Origin: Nostoc sp. PCC 7120 = FACHB-418
GTDB lineage: Bacteria; Cyanobacteriota; Cyanobacteriia; Cyanobacteriales; Nostocaceae
Direction of reading: 5' to 3'
Length of the DNA: 32,000 nucleotides
NCBI RefSeq assembly: GCF_000009705.1
Contig: NC_003272.1
Location: forward strand, 1,650,001-1,682,000
Shown here: positions 7,681 through 16,531 of the stretch, in pieces
How the letters are laid out: every line of letters begins with the position of its first letter
How positions within the stretch are numbered: position 1 is the first letter of the stretch
Position numbers and translations under genes: made by a program
Notes under the pieces: model-generated
What the model saw: only the letters and a program-made list of their open reading frames with translations
What the model was told of the DNA's origin: nothing
Database searches by the model: none

Positions 7681-9156
7681 ATGACTTCTGCTACGACCGT
7701 AAAAACTGAGTACGAAGCGATTATCGGTCTAGAAACCCATTGTCAGCTGAGTACGAATACCAAAATTTTCTCTAGTAGCTCAACAGCGTTCGGGGCTGAC
7801 CCTAATACGAACATTGACCCGGTGTGTATGGGCTTACCTGGTGTTTTGCCTGTACTTAACGAAAAAGTCTTAGAATACGCTGTTAAAGCAGGTTTGGCGT
7901 TGAATTGCCAAATTGCTAAATATAGTAAATTTGACCGTAAACAGTATTTTTATCCTGATTTACCGAAAAATTATCAAATTTCTCAATATGACTTACCCAT
8001 AGCTGAACATGGCTGGTTAGAAATTGAGTTATTAGATGCCGATGGTAACCCAAAACGTAAGCGGATAGGGATTACCCGTCTGCACATGGAAGAAGACGCA
8101 GGGAAACTGGTACACGCAGGGAGCGATCGCATCTCTGGTTCTACCTATTCTCTGGTAGACTACAACCGTGCGGGTGTGCCATTGGTAGAAATTGTCTCGG
8201 AACCAGACATCCGCACTGGGCAAGAAGCTGCTGAATATGCCCAAGAATTACGCCGGGTGATGCGTTATCTCGGTGTCAGTGATGGCAATATGCAGGAAGG
8301 TTCTCTGCGCTGTGATGTGAATATATCTGTGCGTCCTGTAGGACAGGAAAAGTTCGGCACGAAGGTAGAAATTAAAAACATGAACTCCTTCAGCGCCATT
8401 CAAAAAGCCATTGAACACGAAATTGAACGGCAAATAGAAGCGATAGAGTCAGGGGAAAAGATTATTCAAGAAACGCGACTGTGGGAAGAAGGTTCACAAC
8501 GCACAATTAGTATGCGAATTAAAGAAGGTTCTAGCGATTATCGCTACTTCCCCGAACCGGATTTAGCACCCATTGAGGTAACAGAAGCACAACTGAGTCA
8601 ATGGCGTAGTGAATTACCAGAACTACCAGCCCAAAAACGCCATCGTTACGAAAACGAATTGGGTTTGTCGGCTTACGATACCCGCGTGCTGACAGAAGAT
8701 GTCATTGTATCTCAATATTTTGAAGTAGCGATCGCATCTGGGGCAAATCCCAAAGCAGCCGCTAACTGGATTACCCAAGATATCGCCGCCTATCTCAACA
8801 AACAAAAACTCAGCATTACAGAAATCGGCTTAACTCCCGCTAACTTAGCCGATGTGATTACCCGGATTGAGACTGGCAAAATTAGCAACGCTCAAGCTAA
8901 ACAAAAGTTACCAGAGTTACTCACGGGATTATCCCCGGAAAAAGCCTTTGCAGGTCAAGAACTCATCAGCGACCCCAGTGTTTTGGAACCCATCGTTGAT
9001 GAAGTGATAGCAGCTAACCCCAAAGAACTGGAAAAGTACCGCAACGGTAACATCAATCTTAAGGGTTTCTTTGTCGGGCAAGTGCTGAAAAAGACAAATA
9101 AACGCGCTGACCCCAAACTCACCAACGAATTGGTAGAAAATAAACTAAATGGCTAA
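7681..9156 (+). CDS. gatB: Asp-tRNA(Asn)/Glu-tRNA(Gln) amidotransferase subunit B
   Basis: YEAIIGLETHCQLSTNTKIF...DPVCMGLPGVLPVLN...KQYFYPDLPKNYQISQ...LRCDVNISVRP...C-terminal GatB/YqeY-like tail. ATG start; length of 491 aa is typical. Confidence 0.97.
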   Translation: MTSATTVKTEYEAIIGLETHCQLSTNTKIFSSSSTAFGADPNTNIDPVCMGLPGVLPVLNEKVLEYAVKAGLALNCQIAKYSKFDRKQYFYPDLPKNYQISQYDLPIAEHGWLEIELLDADGNPKRKRIGITRLHMEEDAGKLVHAGSDRISGSTYSLVDYNRAGVPLVEIVSEPDIRTGQEAAEYAQELRRVMRYLGVSDGNMQEGSLRCDVNISVRPVGQEKFGTKVEIKNMNSFSAIQKAIEHEIERQIEAIESGEKIIQETRLWEEGSQRTISMRIKEGSSDYRYFPEPDLAPIEVTEAQLSQWRSELPELPAQKRHRYENELGLSAYDTRVLTEDVIVSQYFEVAIASGANPKAAANWITQDIAAYLNKQKLSITEIGLTPANLADVITRIETGKISNAQAKQKLPELLTGLSPEKAFAGQELISDPSVLEPIVDEVIAANPKELEKYRNGNINLKGFFVGQVLKKTNKRADPKLTNELVENKLNG

Positions 9157-9408
9157 CACAAGTATTTTGTCAGTCATTTTTTCACAATAGTTTTACATAA
9201 AGTACAAAAAAGTGGGTGTCGATAATTACAACTAAGCGGTTATTATGAATGTATTATATGCACCCTAATAACCAGGAGAGTTACGCAAGTGGCTCTCCTT
9301 ATTTCTTGCCATATCTCCCACTCTTTTTAATTAGTACTAGTTTGTGTAATACTGACGACTACTATGACATGAGGTAAATTCTAGCCTCTAACCCCTAGTC
9401 GCAAAGAG

Positions 9409-12400
9409 ATGTACCCCACTAATACGAGAAACACCATTGGATTAGCCCTTTTGGTAATTGGTTCGGTGATTTTTGCCGGAAACCACGTCCTCGCGGAAAT
9501 AAAAACTGATACCACATTGGGAAGTGAAGCATCCATATTAAACCAAGGCGTTAGTGTTAAAGGGGCGATCGGGGATATTATCGATGGTGGTGCAGTCCGG
9601 GGAACAAAGCTCTTCCATAGCTTTCAAGAATTTAGTATTGGTGAAGGGCAGAGGGTTTACTTCTCCAACCCTGCCGGAATCAAAAACATCCTCACACGCG
9701 TCACGGGGAACAATCGTTCTGATATTTTGGGAACCTTGGGGGTTTTAGGTAATGCCAATTTGTTTCTGATTAATCCCAACGGCATTGTATTTGGACAAAA
9801 TGCCCGATTAGATATAGCAGGTTCCTTTGTAGCCAGTACAGTTGATAGTTTAACGTTGGGTAATGGCTTTGTGTACAGCGCGACCAAACCTGAAATACCG
9901 CCTTTATTAAATATTAATCTCCAACCAGGTTTACAGTTAGGAACAGAAATAGGAACTATTACTAATAGAGGAAATTTGGCAGTAGGGCAGAATCTCATCT
10001 TATCTGCCAACAACCTAGACTTGCAGGGAAGTTTGCAAGCAGGACAAGATTTGACATTAAACGCCAGAAATCAAATTCAGATGCGTGATACCATCGCCAG
10101 TCCGTTGATAGCGGCGGCGAAGGAAAAATTACTGATTCAAGGTAATCAATCGGTAAATATTTTTGCCCTCAATCATCCCGATAGTGGCTTATTTTCGGGT
10201 GGAGATATGATTCTTCGTTCCCTGAGCGACATTGATGGCGATGCCCATTATTGGAGTAGGGGAAATTTTCGCATTGAGAAGTTAGATGGTAATTTGGGGG
10301 GGTTATTTAGTCCCGATGATCCGATAATTAGGTCTAATGGTGATGTTTCCCTGGCGAGCTTTACTGGAGCTTCCCTACACATTCTCGCTGGCGGTAAGGT
10401 AGAAATTCCTGGTAATGTGATAATTTTTCGTCCAGATAACCTCAGCAGTGCGATCGCCGAAACTGTCACCCTATCCGATGGTAACACCGTTAATATTAGT
10501 GGTAGTACTGATTCTACCTTAGACATCCGGGCGGGAATTAATTGGCAGAACCTACCAGGAAATAGCAGCTTGGGACAGCTTTCTTCTCTACCCAGCTTCA
10601 ACAATGCCACAAGTGCCGACATTAATCTTGGCAATATCAGGGTTTTTGATTTTGTTGGAGGTCAGGGCGGGAAGATCTTCTTAACTAATCAATATCAAGC
10701 TAATCCTACTCTAAGCGGAAATATTCGAGTCAACATCATTGATGCCAGAGATTCATTCCAAGGGACTTCCCTATTTATGAACTCGCGCGGTAATATCGCC
10801 GTCAACATCGCCGACACATCTTCCTTTAGGCAAGGTAATGGTGGCGACATCACTATGATCGCTCAGGGTAATATCAGCCCTCAATTGCTACTTTCCAGGG
10901 GCTGGTTGGGTGGTAACATCACACTCAAGAGTAATGCCAATATTTCGGTAGCAACCGGTTTTATTAGCAGTCAAAGCAGGGCTAATACTGAGACAGGTTC
11001 CCCTCTGACTGGAGGTGATATTGAGATTACAGCCGATTCCCTCTTTTTAACTAATGGGGCAAACATCACTGTCATCAATGAAAACATCTCTAATGGTGGC
11101 AATTTAAAAATTACTGCCAACAATATTTTTCTAGAAGGTGTTCCCAGTAATGGATCTGCTGGGGGCATAACTAGCCAGGTTTGGCCAGGAAGTATCGGTA
11201 AAGGGGGCGATATCCAGATTACCACAGGCAAACTCTCAGCAGAAAAAGGCTCTCAGGTAATCGCTATTACTTTTGGTGCAGGGAAAGCAGGAAACGTCAC
11301 CATCCACGCGAGCGATCGCATTTTCTTGAGTGGTATAAGTAATACAGGTATTCCCGGTGGTGTAGCCAGTCGCTCTCAAGACTCAGGTGCTGGAGGAAAT
11401 GTGAATATTACCACGCGATCGCTGACGATTGAGAATTCTGCTCGTGTCAGTACCGCTACTACGGGCAGAGGAACAAGCGGTAATGTGATGATTAATGCCA
11501 GTGATGCAATTGTTCTTGATGGTTATGATACAGCAATTATTAGTCAAGCCTTTCCTGATACCACAGCAGGTGGTAATATTAATGTAACTACAGGTAAATT
11601 GTCTCTATTCAATGGTGCTGCTATCAGTAGCGGCACTAGAGGTATAGGCAATGCAGGTAACATTCAAATCATTGCAGATATGTTTATAGCCGATGGGGTT
11701 AGCCCCATCACTGGCTTTGCTAGTGGAATTACTGCGGCAACGGATGACAACGCTCAAGGCAATGGTGGCAACATTGACATTATTAGCCGGATTATTGCTT
11801 TAACTAATGGTGGGCAAATTACAACTAGCACCGATGCCAGAGGTAACGCTGGTAACATCAAAATTACAACTAATGCGATAAACATTGATGGCTCTAGCCC
11901 ACTGCGAGAAAATTTTCCTAGTGGTATTCTCAGCCTAGTCAGAGCTAATGCTCAAGGTACAGGCGGTAATATTGACATCAATACGGGTCAAATGACATTA
12001 ACTAACGGTGGTTTTTTAGATGCCAGTACTTTTGGACAAGGAAATGCAGGGGATATAAAAATTATTGCCAATGATGCAATGATATTGAACTCAGGAAATA
12101 ACAGTAACGTATCCGGTGATATTAGTAGTCAGGTTTTATCAGGAGCCGTAGGTGATGGGGGTGATATTGAGATCTTTGCTCATAAACTGTTGCTGAGTAA
12201 TGGCTTTCAAATTAAAGCTCAAACATTTGGACAGGGAAATGCAGGTAATATCAAAATAAACACCATTGATTCAGTAGTGCTGAATGGTAGTAGTCCTCGG
12301 ACAAACTCTACAGGTATATTTACTTCTGTTGGCAATGGGGGATTTGGTACTGGTGGTAATATTGATATCCAAACAGGCAAACTAACCCTTGATAATCGAT

Positions 12401-13251
12401 CTATTATCTCTGCGGAAACAGTAAGCAATACTGGTGGTGATATTCGCCTGCAACTCAATGACAGACTGTTACTCAGGCGCAACAGTAGAATTTCCACGAC
12501 TGCGGGAACTGCCCAGGCTGGTGGTGATGGCGGTAACATTATCATTAACACCCCATTTTTGCTGACTGCCCCTCTAGAAAATAACGACATCACCGCCAAC
12601 GCCTTTAGTGGTAGTGGCGGGAAAATAGATATTACAACTCAAGGTATATTAGGCTTTACACCCCGTACTCGTGCAGACTTAGAGGCATCACTAGGAACTA
12701 AAGACCCCAGCCAATTAAATCCGCGATCGCTCCCCACAAGCGATATCACAGCCATTTCCCAAGCTAACGCCTCCTTGGATGGACAGGTAACAATTGACAC
12801 CCCTGATGTAGACCCTGGTAGCGGACTTGTGGCATTACCCACCAATGTAGTGGATGCGTCCCGACTCATTGCCCAAACCTGTCGCAGTGGAGGGGAAACA
12901 ACCGCCAGCCAACAAAGTGAATTTGTCATCACCGGACGAGGAGGTTTACCGCCTAAGCCTAGCGACCCCCTAAGTAGTGATGCCATCTGGCAAGACTTAC
13001 AGCCCTACGCCTTACCCGATGAAAAAGCTGGGGAGCAGGAAGAGAAGTCGCAAGGAGGGTTTCCCTCCGGGCGAACTTCCCTACGGGATGCTACGCGAAT
13101 GGGAGCAAGGGAGCAAGGGGAAAAATCACCCACACCCATAGTTGAAGCCCAAGGCTGGGTAACTAGTACGGATGGTAAGATTACCCTGGTAGCTCAAGCA
13201 CCCACAACAACACCTCATAATTCTTCATTCACGCCAGTTAGTTGTTCTTAA
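9409..13251 (+). CDS. Filamentous-hemagglutinin-type (TPS/haemagg_act N-terminal domain) beta-helical exoprotein
   Basis: Signal peptide MYPTNTRNTIGLALLVIGSVIFAGNHVLA|E. TPS domain: GGAVRGTKLFHSFQEFSIGEGQRVYFSNPAGIKNILTRVTGNNRSDILGTLGVLGNANLFLINPNGIVFGQNARLDIAGSFVAST. This is followed by many degenerate repeats of the type GxGNAGNIxIxxxxxxxLxG / GGNIDIxTGxLxLxNG. Confidence 0.9.
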   Translation: MYPTNTRNTIGLALLVIGSVIFAGNHVLAEIKTDTTLGSEASILNQGVSVKGAIGDIIDGGAVRGTKLFHSFQEFSIGEGQRVYFSNPAGIKNILTRVTGNNRSDILGTLGVLGNANLFLINPNGIVFGQNARLDIAGSFVASTVDSLTLGNGFVYSATKPEIPPLLNINLQPGLQLGTEIGTITNRGNLAVGQNLILSANNLDLQGSLQAGQDLTLNARNQIQMRDTIASPLIAAAKEKLLIQGNQSVNIFALNHPDSGLFSGGDMILRSLSDIDGDAHYWSRGNFRIEKLDGNLGGLFSPDDPIIRSNGDVSLASFTGASLHILAGGKVEIPGNVIIFRPDNLSSAIAETVTLSDGNTVNISGSTDSTLDIRAGINWQNLPGNSSLGQLSSLPSFNNATSADINLGNIRVFDFVGGQGGKIFLTNQYQANPTLSGNIRVNIIDARDSFQGTSLFMNSRGNIAVNIADTSSFRQGNGGDITMIAQGNISPQLLLSRGWLGGNITLKSNANISVATGFISSQSRANTETGSPLTGGDIEITADSLFLTNGANITVINENISNGGNLKITANNIFLEGVPSNGSAGGITSQVWPGSIGKGGDIQITTGKLSAEKGSQVIAITFGAGKAGNVTIHASDRIFLSGISNTGIPGGVASRSQDSGAGGNVNITTRSLTIENSARVSTATTGRGTSGNVMINASDAIVLDGYDTAIISQAFPDTTAGGNINVTTGKLSLFNGAAISSGTRGIGNAGNIQIIADMFIADGVSPITGFASGITAATDDNAQGNGGNIDIISRIIALTNGGQITTSTDARGNAGNIKITTNAINIDGSSPLRENFPSGILSLVRANAQGTGGNIDINTGQMTLTNGGFLDASTFGQGNAGDIKIIANDAMILNSGNNSNVSGDISSQVLSGAVGDGGDIEIFAHKLLLSNGFQIKAQTFGQGNAGNIKINTIDSVVLNGSSPRTNSTGIFTSVGNGGFGTGGNIDIQTGKLTLDNRSIISAETVSNTGGDIRLQLNDRLLLRRNSRISTTAGTAQAGGDGGNIIINTPFLLTAPLENNDITANAFSGSGGKIDITTQGILGFTPRTRADLEASLGTKDPSQLNPRSLPTSDITAISQANASLDGQVTIDTPDVDPGSGLVALPTNVVDASRLIAQTCRSGGETTASQQSEFVITGRGGLPPKPSDPLSSDAIWQDLQPYALPDEKAGEQEEKSQGGFPSGRTSLRDATRMGAREQGEKSPTPIVEAQGWVTSTDGKITLVAQAPTTTPHNSSFTPVSCS
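13029..13120. repeat. Small dispersed repeat embedded in-frame in the 3' part of the TPS-exoprotein gene
   Basis: GGGAGCAGGAAGAG...GGAGGGTTTCCCTCC (hairpin, 13054-13068)...CCCTACGGGATGCTACGCGAA (13079-13099)...GGGAGCAAGGGAGCAAGGGG. It translates as the low-complexity stretch GEQEEKSQGGFPSGRTSLRDATRMGAREQGEK. A related motif in inverse orientation is at 28392-28416. Confidence 0.45.
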
Positions 13252-13254
13252 GTA

Positions 13255-13290
13255 GGGGTTTAGGGGTTTAGGGGTGTGGGGGTGTAGGGG
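13255..13290 (+). repeat. G-tract array (five G4-5 runs) starting 4 nt after the stop codon; potential G-quadruplex
   Basis: GGGGTTTAGGGGTTTAGGGGTGTGGGGGTGTAGGGG, with G runs at 13255-58, 13263-66, 13271-74, 13278-82 and 13287-90 and loops of 3-4 nt. Confidence 0.6.
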
Positions 13291-13303
13291 AAAGACTTAA
13301 TTT

Positions 13304-13354
13304 ATTTTGAATTTTGAATTTTGAATTTTGAATTGTCAACTTTGAATTGTCAAC
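13304..13354 (+). repeat. Tandem repeats: heptamer ATTTTGA x4, then 14-mer TTTGAATTGTCAAC x2 (STRR-like)
   Basis: Four perfect ATTTTGA units span 13304-13331. TTTGAATTGTCAAC is at 13327-13340 and 13341-13354, ending 4 nt before the CHAT gene ATG (13359). Confidence 0.8.
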
Positions 13355-13358
13355 ATTT

Positions 13359-15893
13359 ATGCGGCGAGTTTTTACTTTTCTGCTTTGTGCCTTACTAGGT
13401 ATGGGCTTTACTCTTATACCCCAATGGCATCAAGTCCAAGCTTCAATTTCTCAATCATCCCCACTCCCCACTCCCCAGTTAATTCAACAAGGCAGAGAAC
13501 TATACCAAGCAGAACAATATACTCAAGCTGTGGATGTTTGGCGAGCTGCACTTAAAGCAGAAACCAATATATTGTCCCAGGCAATGTTGTTAAATTACCT
13601 TTCCCTGGCTTATCAAGAATTGGGACAGTGGCAACAGGCAAATGAGACAATTAACTCTAGCCTCAACCTCATACAACAATCAAAACAGACAACTCCACAA
13701 GCCAAGCTTATCCTCGCCCAAGCTCTTAATACTCAAGGAAGTTGGCAGCTAGCGCAAGGTAAAGCCGAACAAGCCCTCAACACTTGGCAACAGGCAACAG
13801 CCATATATACTACAGCAGGAAATGTACAGGGTAAAATTGGCAGCTTAATTAATCAAGCCCAAGCTCAACAAGCTTTAGGGCTTTACCTCCAAGCTCGTAA
13901 AACTCTAGCTGGAGTGGAACAAGGACTACAACAACAGCCAAATCAAAAATTGCAAATTACAGGGCTGCGTAGTCTGGGAAATATCTTCAGATTGGTAGGC
14001 GCTCTAGACGATTCTCGGAGGGTTTTGCAGCAAAGTTTGCAGATAATTAATCAAGGCAATGTATCAAAATCAGAACTAAGTCCAACCTTAATCAGCTTGG
14101 GTAATACAGCTGATGCCCAAGGCGACAAAGAAGGGGCATTAACATATTATGAACAAGCGGCGGCGAATGCGACTGTTACCTTAACGCAGATTCAAGCACA
14201 AATCAATCAACTGAACATATTAATAACAACTGGACAAGCCAAGCAAGCTGAAAATCTAGGGAAACAAATTCAGCCCAAGTTGACTAATTTATCTCCCAGC
14301 CGTCAGACGATTTACGCCAGCATTAACTTGGCAAAAAGTCTGATGAAATTGACTGGTGAGGGAGTAGACGAATCTGCTAAACTACTAGCCACAGCCATTA
14401 AACAAGCCCAAAACTTGAGCGATCGCCAAGCTGAATCTTATGCTTTAGGCTATCTCGCTGGACTCTATGAACAAACTCAACAGTGGTCAAACGCTCAAGA
14501 ATTAACTCAACAGGCTTTGCAACTAGCACAAGCTATTAATGCCCCAGAAATAGCCTATCAGTGGCAATGGCAATTAGGACGTATCTTAAAAGCACAAGGC
14601 GCAATCAAGCCAGCAACATCCGCCTATGAGGTAGCCTTCACCACCTTGAAATCTCTGCGGAGTGATTTGGTAGCAATTAACAGTGATATTCAATTTTCTT
14701 TTCGTGAAGCCGTCGAGCCTGTATATCGTGAATATGTAGAATTACTATTGAATCCAGGCAAAAGCTTAGAACCCAGTCAGCAACAACTCAAACAAGCTAG
14801 GCAAGTCATCGAATCACTACAACTAGCCGAACTTGACAACTTTTTTCGCTCTGCTTGTCTCCAAGGTCAAATAGTTCCAATTGAGCAGATTCAACAGTCA
14901 GAAGCCGCAATCATTTATCCGATTATTCTGCCAGATAGACTGGAAGTAATTGTCAGTTTACCCCAGCAGACCCTACGCCACTACGCCACCAAAATAAGTC
15001 AACACGAAGTAGAAGAAGTTCTAGACCAACTCAGACAAAATTTAGAAAAGCCTTTCACCTCACCAGAGGGTAAGAATTTATCTACGAAAGTTTATGACTG
15101 GTTGATTCGACCTCTAGAAACACAACTGTCTCAAACTCAAGTGCAAACATTAGTGTTCGTCTTAGATGGTTCCCTACGGAACGTGCCAATGGCGGCTTTA
15201 TTTGACGGCAAACAGTATTTAATTGAAAAATACAGTGTGGCACTCACACCTGGGTTAGAGTTATTAGGCCCCCGGCCTTTGCGCCAAGGTCAACTCAAAA
15301 CCTTAGTTGCAGGACTGACAGAAGCACGCCACGGATTTAATTCCCTCCCCAATGTGGGTGATGAATTAAAAGCAATTGAGTCAGAAGTGCCTAGTCAAGT
15401 CCTCTTGAATCAAACCTTTACCAGTGCAGCCTTACGAAAGCAGATAGACTCTCTACCGTTTTCCATCGTGCATTTAGCAACACATGGTCAATTTAGTTCC
15501 AATGTTGATGAAACTTTTGTCCTGGCTTGGGATAAACCAGTCAAAGTTAATGAATTAAAAGACTTACTGTATAACAGAAACCAAAATAGACCTGAGCCGA
15601 TAGAATTACTTGTTCTCAGTGCTTGTGAAACCGCCGACGGAGACAAAAGAGCCGCTTTAGGATTAGCTGGGGTAGCCATTCAAGCAGGCGCGCGCAGTAC
15701 TCTAGCCTCCCTTTGGAGTTTAGACGATGAATCTGGCGCTCGTCTCATTGGTCAATTTTATAAAGAGTTAGCAACTAAACAAGTGACAAAGGCAGAAGCA
15801 CTGCGCCAAGCCCAAATCTCCCTATTAAAAGACCCCGATTACAGGCATCCTATACATTGGGCATCCTATGTATTATTGGGAAATTGGCTTTAA
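13359..15893 (+). CDS. Secreted TPR-repeat CHAT-domain (caspase-like) protease
   Basis: The track start 13347 is TTG. The ATG at 13359 gives the signal peptide MRRVFTFLLCALLGMGFTLIPQWHQVQA|S. The N-terminal ~450 aa are TPR-like (repeated Q/A/L-rich helical units, e.g. AMLLNYLSLAYQELGQWQQA). The C-terminal CHAT domain has the His/Cys dyad context IVHLATHGQF and LLVLSACETADGD, and ends HPIHWASYVLLGNWL. Confidence 0.9.
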   Translation: MRRVFTFLLCALLGMGFTLIPQWHQVQASISQSSPLPTPQLIQQGRELYQAEQYTQAVDVWRAALKAETNILSQAMLLNYLSLAYQELGQWQQANETINSSLNLIQQSKQTTPQAKLILAQALNTQGSWQLAQGKAEQALNTWQQATAIYTTAGNVQGKIGSLINQAQAQQALGLYLQARKTLAGVEQGLQQQPNQKLQITGLRSLGNIFRLVGALDDSRRVLQQSLQIINQGNVSKSELSPTLISLGNTADAQGDKEGALTYYEQAAANATVTLTQIQAQINQLNILITTGQAKQAENLGKQIQPKLTNLSPSRQTIYASINLAKSLMKLTGEGVDESAKLLATAIKQAQNLSDRQAESYALGYLAGLYEQTQQWSNAQELTQQALQLAQAINAPEIAYQWQWQLGRILKAQGAIKPATSAYEVAFTTLKSLRSDLVAINSDIQFSFREAVEPVYREYVELLLNPGKSLEPSQQQLKQARQVIESLQLAELDNFFRSACLQGQIVPIEQIQQSEAAIIYPIILPDRLEVIVSLPQQTLRHYATKISQHEVEEVLDQLRQNLEKPFTSPEGKNLSTKVYDWLIRPLETQLSQTQVQTLVFVLDGSLRNVPMAALFDGKQYLIEKYSVALTPGLELLGPRPLRQGQLKTLVAGLTEARHGFNSLPNVGDELKAIESEVPSQVLLNQTFTSAALRKQIDSLPFSIVHLATHGQFSSNVDETFVLAWDKPVKVNELKDLLYNRNQNRPEPIELLVLSACETADGDKRAALGLAGVAIQAGARSTLASLWSLDDESGARLIGQFYKELATKQVTKAEALRQAQISLLKDPDYRHPIHWASYVLLGNWL

Positions 15894-15997
15894 GTGCGAT
15901 CGCTATTAGACAATTAAAAAAATTTATCAGGCAGTGACTACAATGACGCTAAATTCTTATGACGAAGCAGCTCTTAGAGTCAACTTGATAGCCCCTG

Positions 15998-16271
15998 ATG
16001 AAATTAGCCGATCTCCTCAAAGACTCAAATTATAAGCATTTCTCAACCAGATTGAGCCAATTTGTTAATTCCAATTTTACCAAAACTTCAACAGCAAAAG
16101 TTTGTTGAAAAGATAAATTCATCATTTTCATTAAAACTAAAATCCAAACAACTGCTAGAAATTGCTAAAACAGGAGTAGAACAGGCGATAGAAACTGATG
16201 AAGCAACAGCAACCCATTGGATAAACCAGCAACTTGAAGCATTAGGCATCACCCTAACTGCTACCATTTAA
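15998..16271 (+). pseudogene. hsdS: 3'-terminal relic of a type I restriction-modification specificity subunit gene (hsdS), frameshifted
   Basis: ORF 16062..16271 reads LLIPILPKLQQQKFVEKINSSFSLKLKSKQLLEIAKTGVEQAIETDEATATHWINQQLEALGI. This resembles the conserved IP(L/I)PPLxEQxxIV...coiled-coil...AKxAVExAIE C-terminus of HsdS. An adjacent frame upstream (MKLADLLKDSNYKHFSTRLSQF) would join it through a 1-nt frameshift near 16058. There is no target-recognition domain and no hsdM or hsdR nearby. Tail copy A is at 16155-16247. Confidence 0.5.
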
Positions 16272-16288
16272 ACAATCTGGGAATAATC

Positions 16289-16531
16289 ATGAAAGCACTT
16301 AAAGTTATGGCAACGATTAACGACCAGGGACAACTAACTTTAGATCATCCGCTTTTAACTGATAAAAATAGCCGAGTAGAAGTCATTGTGCTAATCCCTG
16401 AAGAAGAAGAAATTCTGGATGATCAATCTCAAGCAGAAGTCTTAGCAGATTTCCGGCAAGCTTGGCAAGAAGCCATGACTGGGCAGACTATCCCGGTGGC
16501 TCAACTTTGGGAAGGTCTTGAAGATGCTTGA
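16289..16531 (+). CDS. Type II antitoxin-like protein (80 aa)
   Basis: MKALKVMATINDQGQLTLDHPLLTDKNSRVEVIVLIPEEEE...LADFRQAWQEAMTGQTIPVAQLWEGLEDA. It is small and acidic. Its stop overlaps the ATG of the downstream RelE/ParE-like reading frame (GATGCTTGA), the typical TA operon layout. Confidence 0.7.
   Translation: MKALKVMATINDQGQLTLDHPLLTDKNSRVEVIVLIPEEEEILDDQSQAEVLADFRQAWQEAMTGQTIPVAQLWEGLEDA

Noticed and set aside
9554-12986. Several 64-128-aa ORFs on both strands inside the exoprotein gene
   Set aside because: All are nested in the 1280-aa TPS-domain ORF. Open alternative frames are expected in a repetitive G/A/T-biased coding sequence.
13255-13270. Plant-type telomere repeat TTTAGGG (two copies)
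   Set aside because: There are only two units, embedded in a broader G-tract array. This is a coincidental resemblance in a bacterial chromosome.
15940-16035. 30-codon ORF MTLNSYDEAALRVNLIAPDEISRSPQRLKL
   Set aside because: It is too short, no motif is present, and it lies within the decayed hsdS relic region.
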